Shown one piece after another: positions 54,200 to 64,000 of a DNA stretch of 64,000 nt (position 1 is the first letter of the stretch; each line of letters starts with the position of its first letter). The position numbers and the translations under genes are program-made. The stretch comes from Callorhinchus milii (taxonomy: Eukaryota), in contig NW_024704742.1 in NCBI RefSeq assembly GCF_018977255.1, positions 53,632,001 through 53,696,000 of the forward strand, read 5' to 3'. The notes under the pieces were generated by a model. It ran no database searches. It saw only the letters and a list, made by a program, of their open reading frames with translations, and was not told the DNA's origin.

Positions 54200-54600
54200 C
54201 CTTTCGCCAATCTGATCGTATCCCACTAGAACACCCACCCCACTGTCACCCCCATCACAGCATCAAGCTGTTTTTGAAATGAGTCCAGCATCTTGGCCTC
54301 TACTGCCTTTCCTGGCAATCTGTTCCAGTCTTTCATCACCATAAAGAAAAACAATAAAAACTTGCATTTATATAGCACCCTTCACACGGAGTAATACCTC
54401 GGAGCACTTAAACCTTCCTGGTATCTGTCCTGAAATTGCCCTTTACAACTCTGAACCTAAGTCCTCTTGTTCTACTGTATTGATACATCCTAAAGTATTG
54501 ATCTGAGTTTACCTTTTCAATCTCATTAAAATTTGATATACCTCTATAAGGCCCCTCTAAGTCATCCACGCTCAAGACAAAAGACCTCAGCTTGACCAAA
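54200..54600 (-). mobile_element. Old CR1-like 3' remnant carrying a short L2/SINE tail insert (about 54345-54410)
   Basis: RTRG.RFRVVKGNFRTDTRK peptide and a CR1-like 3' region. Confidence 0.55.
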
Positions 54601-55563
54601 GTTAGTAAATAGCTACAATGGTACAGACTCAATCTAGATTTGCCACCATTGTGCGTCACTTGAATATGGCTGATCAGCCCAACATGAAATAATTTCAAGC
54701 CATTCAAATTGTTTTTATTTACAAATAATCAAATATATTCCTTGCCAGGATCTGTCATAGGCCAGCTTTTATGTATTTAATATCTCTCTCATAACTTTCA
54801 GTACTATAACTTTCATTGTGGAGTCCTGTAGTATATCGGTTAGAACACTCGCCTCGCAAGTGAGAGGATCTGGCTTCGATTCCCAGCAGAGCGAAACGTT
54901 AGGCAAGTTTCCTTTCTCCACACGCCTCTGTTTACCTAGCAGTAAGTAGGAACCCGGTTGTTAGTCGAATGGTGGATCACTTTTCCAGGGGTAATAATCC
55001 CTTCAAAAAAAATAATTTGGTCACTAAATCTAACGACGGTTTGTTGGACATTGCTGTGCACAATTGGCTGCCGCATTTCAGCCACATAATATACAGTCAA
55101 TTCACTTAATGTATTCTGATGTCTCAAAGACTTGATATGGCCTGATATCAAATGCAAGGATTATTATTATTATTATTATTTAACAGCTGTGGATTGTTAT
55201 AAAGCACCCTGTATGGATTTTATAGCATTTATTTCAATACAAATTTGCTAACAAAAGATGTTTCCACTAATTAGAAATGCAATTATTTGTTTATTCTTTC
55301 AAAATTTGACAAAACAGATTATAAACACTTTCAAGATTTCTGTGCAAAGGCATATACAATAAAGACAAGTCCAAAATTAAATTTCTCAGTAATGTAATCC
55401 AAATCTAGTGCTCTATCACTATTCATGAAACTTGGCAACACAGCATTAGGCTTACTTCAACAGCAACTTGAACAAGCGTTTAATATTTAATGAGGGATTT
55501 GGTAAAAGACAAATAGATCAATAAGAAAGAAAAAAATGGTTTATTGAGTTGAATGTGCGTTAC

Positions 55564-55686
55564 CTGTCACTCGTAGCTTTTCAACACCAATACTGATTTC
55601 ATTTTCATCTGCAGAAAACAGCACCTTCTTGCCATCTTCTGTTTTTATTTCAAACCTTCTGCCCTGAGCCTCCACTGCATGTGAAC
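55564..55686 (-). CDS. SGCZ: Zeta-sarcoglycan coding exon (123 bp, phase 1-1); first exon visible in the window
   Basis: Acceptor ttttcatttctgctag|GT and donor ACAG|gtaacg. Translates (G)[40 protein letters not shown](G), matching the sarcoglycan gamma/delta/zeta family. VLFSADE.EI.IG.EKL.VTG is most like SGCZ. Confidence 0.93.
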
Positions 55687-56591
55687 CTAGCAGAAATGAA
55701 AACACCTTTAATTCACAAATGCCTGACATGAAATAAAATCATATACCTTTTAAAGTTCTTGACTCCATAAAATAAATCACATTTCTGTTTCTGTAAGTAT
55801 AGTTTAATACAAGTTCAATAAGTATTATTTGTATTTAATAACTTGTTCCTATAGTCCTTTGTTCCCAGGTAAGCCCTCATCCCTATTGACCAACCTGGCC
55901 AATTTACTAGTAGTTCAATAACTTCTCAGTGAGTTTCCCAGTGCTATATCCACTGTGTGATCTTGAACAATATAAATTATGTAGGCCTCAGCTTCAACCC
56001 GTTGATTTCTGCAGAGTTATCTAAACTTAGTTAGGGCAGCAGGACAGGTTCACTTACAGCTACAATGAGCTATAGCTATAGAGAGGAAAATAAATCTGCT
56101 AGGATCTCTGCTCCAGATCAGTAGCCAGTTGCCTTTAAAGAAAATGTACGATGTATATGCTACCGAAGGAGAACACGATTGGGTTCAGTTGTGACGCCTG
56201 CTGACATTCAATGATTCGACTGAATAGCCACATGGGTGAGTTACAAAAAGTTTCCTTGTTAAACCACACTTAATAAGAGTCAGCAACTTTAGAGGAAAAG
56301 TACAGAGAAAAGGTTAGCATAGTTGAAAAACAGATTTAAATTTGCTATGGAATGTACAGTATTTAATAAATGTTTGATAATAACTGGCACAACACTCACT
56401 GAGCAATCCTAGTCGAGATTCCCAGTTTAAGTACAAATTGTATTTTGGTATTTACTGACGGTACTCTTACATTAGATATATACTGTTAAGGAAACAGGTT
56501 AAATGCTACAAAGAAAATTCACAGACAATAACAAAAGCCACAACCCACCATATTGATGAAAAGACAGACAAATACAATATTGTTGAACAAG

Positions 56592-57185
56592 ACTGGGGGC
56601 AGAGAGGCTGAAAGCCCACCCCTGATGGTAGGGTGGGTCAGGCGGGAGACCTGGAGCAGCCTGGAGCCTGCTGAGCAGAGGGAGCGGACAGGTTGATAGG
56701 GGGTCAGCAGGTCAGAGAGGTAGGAGGGGGCAAGGCCATGGAGGGCCTTGAAAGTGAGGACCAGGATTTTGAATTCTATCCTCTGAGGGATGGGGAGCCA
56801 GTGGAGCCGGGCGAGGGTGGGGGTGATGGGGTCACGGAGCCTCGAGCGGGAGTGGACATGAGCTGCAGAGTTCTAGATGATCTGCAGCTTGTGGAGGGAA
56901 GAGATGGGGAGGCCGACAAGGAGGGAGTTTCCGTAGTCGAGCCTTGAGATGATGAATGCGTGTATGAGGGTTTTGGTGGCCTGAGGGGTGAGGCAATGGC
57001 AAAGTCGGGCAATGTTGTGGAGGTGGGTGAAGGCAGAACGGGATTATGGCATGGATATGGGGGAGAAAGGACAGTTGAGGGTCGAACAAGACGCCCAGGT
57101 TCCTGACTGGCTTGGTGAGGTGGAGTGTGCAACCGTGGATGCTGATGCTGCCAATGCCTGAGGTGTGGAGGCGCTCGCGCGAGCC
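56592..57185 (-). mobile_element. L2 LINE internal fragment
   Basis: LHLTKPVRNLGVLFDPQLSFLPHI; highly similar to 8240-8550. Confidence 0.85.
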
Positions 57186-60100
57186 AGACAAGAGAATTCA
57201 TAAATGCCTCTCTTTAAAATCACCATGCAAATGATATGATCCTGACATGATGTGAAATAATAAGGTAATAGTGAACCCAGTGTTCATTTGTTTCATAGAT
57301 CTTTCTGCTACAGTTGAACGTAACAGATGAAGTATATCTGTTCTTTTTTCTATTCTGCAACTTATTTGTATCTTGGATAACACTGAGACAAAAAACAGCT
57401 TTGATAACTCAAAAGTTAAACTTTAACAAACGTTTATGAAGTATAGGCATTCTATTTTTTAAGCTGTTATTTTGCTGCTGTACTTTGGCCATCTGTAAAA
57501 TCCCACTGTAGCAGTGACAGGTCCTACTGCCTCCATTTCCTCACATTTCTATTATTTAATGCACCATAAAGAGTTTCCTATTAGATGGCTTGGGTTATCA
57601 TTCAGATCCATTCAGACATCCATGAGATGAAATAAATTACTCTGTTTTTCTTCTCTTTGAATCATTAAAAACTTGAAACTGGATCAAAATGATTTTCCCT
57701 GAAATAGTTCTACGAATGCCGTCAGATCCAGAAAACCTTTTTTTAAAAAAGAGATTGATTTAGAAGTTACGTACTTTATAACAAAAAATAATAATCCTTG
57801 GATTTTATAAAGTGCCTTTTACATCAGAATGTCTCAAAATGCTTCACAGGATTTACTATAAACTGTAATGACTGTAATTTTTGTAGGCAAATCCAGCAGC
57901 CAATTTATGTACAGCAATGTACAACAAATAAACATAAAGTAAATGTCCAATTTTTTTTATCTGGGAGGGATTGTCGGCCAAGGCACTGGGATAACTTCCC
58001 TTCTCTTTGTAAATATGACCATGGGACCTTCAACACAACAGACAGAAGGGGCCCTAGTTTAACATTTCATTTGAAATTCCTCAAATGCTGCATTAGAGTA
58101 TCAGCCTAGACTGAGTTCAAGGTTGCAACGTGGAGCTTGAATGCACAGAGTTCTGTCTAAGAAGTGATATCACATAAGCTACCAAATGAGCCAGGCTAAC
58201 GTGTAAAGAGTTAAGCAGCACATTATTTTGTTACATTTTGCTTGATGACCAGGGTTACCCTAAATCAATTGAAGTAAATAAATATAATAGTTTCAATGTT
58301 GACTCTTTAAGATGATACCAGGGATGAAGGGCTTCAGTTATAAAGAGATTTGAGAACTTTGAGCTTTTTCACTATGTATCTGAGAAGTTTAATGGGTAAC
58401 ATCTTATAAAGGGTTATGATATGATAAATAGTAATAAATTATTTCCACAGTAAAAAGAAGGGACAAATTTATGTTTAGAAAAGTGAGATTAGAAAACGTT
58501 TCTTTAAAGAGGGTGATTGAAATGTGGAATTCTGGATTCCAGAGCAGTGCTGGATGAGCACTGTAGTTTTGGAGGTGCTGTCGTTCGAATGAGACATTAA
58601 AGCAAGGTCCCAAGGTTAAAGATCCCACTGCACTATTCAAAAAAAAGTTAGTTTCTCGTGGTGTCCAAATATAATTGATCACTTACTTCATGGGACACTG
58701 CTGTACACAAATTTGCTGCTGCATTTGCCTGGAAAATACAGTCACTATACTTTACAGTGAAATCCTGTGAAGCATTTTGAGACATCTTGCCAGAATGATG
58801 AGGCCCTAAATCAAATGCAAGTATTATTATGTTTAAAAGGGATTCAGATAGTTGCTTCAAAAAAAGAATATTAAGAAGTGCAATGAATATGGTCACCTCT
58901 ATCAAGTCTTCAGTTGACATAAGTGGAGAATATTTAAAAATTGGTAACTTCAGTTCTGAGTATCATTGGTATCAAGACTGGGATCTGATCATGTACAGCT
59001 CTATGAATTAATGTATGCTGATGAGACATGCAGATAATTTAGAAATGATTTAGTTAATTAGTGGAAAATTAGAAATGTGCATCCAATACTCATGGGCGTA
59101 CACAGCAACAGTGGGAAAACACAATATTTGAATAATGAAGCCAGTCTGACAATCATAGATGGAGGTAATGTTCTGATCAACAAAGGCCCAGTTCTAATGT
59201 ATTCCTTTAAAGTGACAAGCATACTCTGATGAAAAGGATACTGCACTTAATTATAACATAATAATGTCATGCTTTATGCAAATTATTAATAACAAAAATA
59301 ATAAGCCTTGCAATAGATAAAGCACCTTTCCCATCAGGAAGATGTCTCAAAGCATTTCAATGGATTTATTATAAAGTTAAGTTAAACCCCAGATGAACAA
59401 TTATTTCTTCATTCAATCAATCATGGACTAGATTGAGACCTCTTGCTGTAAACATTAACTTCATTGAAACATTCAAAGAGAATTGGTTCAGTTCCAAATT
59501 CAGCAGAGGATGAAAATGATGGATATTAAAGTGGGAAAGGATGAAAAATGGCCAGATCAGGTGTCAGCTGAAATGCGAGGGATAAAAATTCTGTTGCAAG
59601 CATTGCCTTTAGCAATGTTGTCTTTAATGGGTTTTCTCATTATAGTTATGCATCGTCAAAGGTTCTGTGCCTAACACTGAATAGAAATGGTACCCACCAG
59701 ACTGTATGAAGGCATAAGATTTATGGAGAACCAGGCAACATGGATACATCTATTTCTCTACACTATCTGTCAGGGAATAGGAATTAATACTGAGTACTAT
59801 AGCATCAGGGATCAAACACAATTAAAAGACTGTACAGGATTTCAAAAAAGAATCTGACATATTCTTTAAAATTAAAAAAGATTCAGGGCTACTTTATGAT
59901 ACAAAATACAAAATTCCACTTTCCAGTAAATCATGTGAAGTACTTTGAGATATCTTCCTCATGTGAACTTGCTACATCAAATACAGGACTACTATTATTA
60001 GTATTAGAACAGTAGTAGTAATTTAAGAAGGTGATTGAGTAGGGTCGATGAATCTACCTGCCTGAAACTGTTATATTTTTATTAAAAATGAAGAATTTGC

Positions 60101-60422
60101 ACAAGCACAGAAGCACACACACACTGATATACTCCCACGTGCACAGCAAACCTCAAAAAGAAAAAACAAAACCAATAGAAGGATTAGAATAATATTCATG
60201 ATATTTACAGTTTTGCAAGAAAAGCACCTGGGCAACAGGGTGACTTGAACAAGATGGATTTTGCTTAGCATTAGTACGTTTGTGTGAATAGAATATTTGG
60301 GGGATCTTGTGCAGAATTATTATTGAATTCTTTCATAGCTTCAGTAACAATCACATTGGCGATACACTGATGAAATGTCAAATACACCGAGGGAATGGTT
60401 AACCAGCATTCAGGTCCGAGTT

Positions 60423-61172
60423 AACAACAACAACAACAACAACAAGATTCCATTTATAAAGCGCCTTTCACGTCAGGAGGATGTCCCAAGGCGCTGCACA
60501 GTTGGGTCATGACCCGAGCAGGGGGGAAATGGTCAGGGTGAGGGGAGGGAAGGGAGGGAGCGAGGAGGGGGGAGAGAGTCGAGAGGGGAGCTGAAGGCTC
60601 GGTCAAAGAGAAAGGTTTTGAGACCGGCCTTGAAGGAGGAGAGGGAGGAGGCGGCGAAGGCACTGGGGGATGGAGTTCCAGAGCCTCGGGGCTGAGAGGC
60701 TGAAGGCCCGACCACCGATGGTAGGGCGGTTGGGGCGGGGGACGTGGAGCAGACCGGAGCCAGAGGAACGGAGGGTACGGGCAGGTAGGTAGGGGGATAG
60801 TAGGTCGGAGAGGTAGGAGGGAGCAAGGCCGTGAATGGCCTTGTAGGTGAGGATGAGGATCTTGAAATCAATCCTCTGGGGGATGGGGAGCCAGTGGAGG
60901 CGAGCGAGGGTGGGAGTGATGTGGTCCCGAAGTCTGGTGCGGTACAGTACACGAGCTGCAGAGTTCTGAATGACCTGCAGCTTGTGGAGGGAGGTGGCGG
61001 GAAGGCCGGCGAGGAGAGAGTTCCCATAGTCCAGCCTTGAGGTGATAAAGGCGTGAACCAGGGTTTCAGCAGCGTGAGGGTTGAGGTAATGGCGTAGTCT
61101 GGCGATATTCCGGAGGTGATGGAAGGCGGTGCCAGTTGTGGTGCGGATGTGAGGGAGAGAGGACAGCTCAGG
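60423..61172 (-). mobile_element. Young 5'-truncated L2
   Basis: Reverse complement is near-identical to 41639-42300 and carries an (AAC)n tail. Confidence 0.92.
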
Positions 61173-61993
61173 GTTAAGTTGATCATAAGTTAGCTTGTTC
61201 AGCTATCCCGTTAGATATTCAATTCCTTAAAAACCAATTGACTTAGATTACAAATGGAGCTTCTAATAAGCTCTTCTCCCCAGAAAGGAGTGAGTCATAT
61301 ACAGAAAGCACAAGCCTTCAAACATTTTGGGAGTTATCCAAAACATTTGTATAGAAGGATGAATGCTGATTTATCAAACATGAACAGATTGATAGACAGT
61401 TAGCAACCCTGGAAAGCACAGCTTGAGCTTGTCAGAACTTCTCCGCACTCCAATCAAAGGAAGTCATTTAATTTAGTTTTCTCAGTTTTCCTTTTTTCTC
61501 CATTAACGCAGAAGTTTCATCTATAAATTAAGCAACAATAACAGAGACAGTAAGGTCTAACTAAAGGGGTGAAATCGCCCCTAGCTCTAGACAAACACAA
61601 TTTTTATAGCATTTTAGATTGGTGCAGAATTTGAAAACAATGTTTATTTTCAAGTTTTTTTGTAGATTCTTTAGTACGCAACTCAAAATCATCTGATTTG
61701 GCTCATTTAGCACAGCAAAGGCCTGAAATCCCTCTTTGAAATTTAAAATTGTGCAGAATTATTGAAAACCTCATTCTGATTTTCAAACCAGTTTTTAAAT
61801 TTTAAGGCTAAGACTTTGAGGATTTGAATTGTTTAAGCAAATATTTCTTTCCACCCAGTTGCTTTGAAAACAATATATCTTAACGTTGTTTTCAAGTTCT
61901 TTTTTAAAACTATGCTTGCTATAATGCAAAAGTAGACTTCAACACTCATATTCCCACAGTGGCTTCCTTTGTATGGATTGCAACACTGAATCG

Positions 61994-62212
61994 AAACATA
62001 GAAACAGGAGTAGTCCATTCATCCCCTCGAGCCATTCTATAAGACCGTGGCTGATCTGTACCTCAAGTCCAATTACCCGCCCTTGCCCTCTATCCCTTAA
62101 TACCCTGACCTAACAAATGTCCATCCACCTCAGTTTTGAAGCTGTGAACGGATCTAGCATTCACAATGTTTTGGGGGAGAGAGTTCCAGATTTGGGGAGT
62201 GTGTTCCAGATC
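61994..62212 (-). mobile_element. CR1 3' terminal fragment
   Basis: gaaacatagaaacaggagtag...gctgatctgtacctcaa is the reverse complement of the CR1 end seen at 50520-50662. Confidence 0.7.
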
Positions 62213-64000
62213 TATTATTAACTAAATATTAACTAAAATTTGCTGCACCTAATTTGGCTGCCCCCTTCGCCCACAAAACGCACAGTCACTCCACATTACA
62301 GGATATATTATGCAGCATTTTGAGACTCCTTCTTGACCCTAAACCAAATGAAAGGTTTATTATCATTATTTTAAAAGAGGATACTGACTTAATTCAGTCT
62401 ACATCCTGTGAAGCACCATTTGTTCTAATGCTGGAATCAGGAAAGTCGCAAATCAGTTAAATATATGAAGGAAATGGTATTACTCTTTTTCCGGAGCTAA
62501 TACACTATTTAGATATGTGCCACTATCAGTAGAGAGAAAATCAGATAGAGATTACTGAGGCTGCTTATAGCTAAGGTACATTTAATGCATTTCATAATTC
62601 TCACATTAAACGCATCGTAAAATACTACAAAGGTCACCCCATTAATAATAATAATAATCCTTGCATTTGATATAGTACCTTATTACATCTTTGAGACATC
62701 TCAAAGCGCTTCACAGAATATACTGTGAAGTGAATTGACTGTATATTTGGTGGGTGATTTCTGAAGTCTCTCCTTTTAATAAATGTTAACAAATTGTACA
62801 GAATTAATGGTGTAGAGTCAACAAATGCCCCTCTGCTGGGTGCTTTTTTTACCTACAGCCACTGGCACTTCACAGTAAATCTTGTGAAATGCTTTGAGAA
62901 GTCCTCCTGATGCTATATTAAATGCAAATATATCGTTTTTAAAATTATTTTCCAGTTCTTTAACTTTGTAATGACTTAACAGTCACTATTTGAGCCTTGG
63001 TGAATTATTGCATCACTTAAATGGGAGGTTAAACATGATTACAATCTCATCTGCAAAACTTTGAGTGAACATTTGTTCCTTTTTTAAATGTGAACTTTGT
63101 GAAGCTGTAGAGCAGGGGATTAAAGTAAACCAATTCAAAACGTCAAGAGTGCCACCTCTAACCAGACATTATAACCTGGGACATTGTTGTGTAATTTAGC
63201 TTTTCTTCTAGTTGCCTCCCTCAAAATTGATAGTTCCAAACAGCTATTCTGACAAGCATTCTCTCTTTTATAATTTGACTTTCATTCTAAATGAAAATTC
63301 GTTCTGCAAAGTAGGGACATTAGATCTTCATTAAATGGCAAAAATTAAATTGTTTGCAGCTTGTGAGATGTCGTTTTGTTGCATCTTTCAATGAAATCTA
63401 ATTAATAATTCACTTTTGTTCAGCTTTTCTTAAGCAATTTTGCACAGGAAATCCATAAGTTATAGTTCAAGATATCATTAGGAGCAATTCCGTACACAGT
63501 AGTGGAATGAAAATGTTAAATCACCATTTACAGAAAATCAAGGAATGAAATGCGATTTAAAAATGGCCCACAATCTAGGGCAACATAATGGAAGACGTTA
63601 CAATCTAAAATAATTATTTTGCATGGAATTATCTTATCAAGGGAGCATCTAGGCTTGAAAGATGCACACAACGTCAAGTAACAGTAGCGTAGCTTTTAAT
63701 GCTGAATAAAAATGGTCTGAATGCAATTATCCTCAATATTATGTATAAAAGCTTCATTATAATCCACATAAGTGTTTAATCTCTTCAGGCTACTAGGTAC
63801 TAAATGAGTACCAAAAATGTAATCATGGCTCTAAACTGAGCAGTTATTTCTGATTTACAATCCCTCAAATGATGGGCAAGATCCTTTTGATTTTCCAATC
63901 AGCTGTATAACATCATTATTATTATTATTTATATTATTTCAAAGTTACTGTTTCTTAAATAGAATTATTTTGATGCTTCTTTCTCAGAATAACAACCTGT

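Noticed and set aside
55687..64000. Expected preceding SGCZ exon (NVTVNARN-type motif)
   Set aside because: Not found by eye; it presumably lies beyond the window end.

Overview
Eukaryotic, intron-rich vertebrate DNA, not prokaryotic. The repeat complement (CR1 and L2 LINEs, DeuSINE-like and CORE-like tRNA SINEs, a Penelope-associated shark-type repeat) points to a cartilaginous fish, possibly a holocephalan (inference). The only host gene I can support is the 3' half of a zeta-sarcoglycan (SGCZ-like) gene on the minus strand. It has four coding exons (55686-55564, 38025-37953, 18621-18498, 17122-16940) with canonical GT-AG junctions and consistent phases, then a probable long 3' UTR. Its upstream exons lie beyond the window. 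The rest is intron or intergenic DNA packed with transposon remnants. These include a hAT/Charlie element with both ends (4863-6826), two MITEs, Harbinger transposase relics, several nested insertions, three SINE lineages sharing an L2-type 3' tail, a compound microsatellite, local duplications and a degenerate hammerhead-like motif. I found no credible novel multi-gene system. The interesting signals are mostly transposon biology and possible RNA-structure effects on SGCZ. Family names and comparisons to human proteins come from recalled consensus features, not database searches. Repeat boundaries are approximate unless TIRs are quoted.
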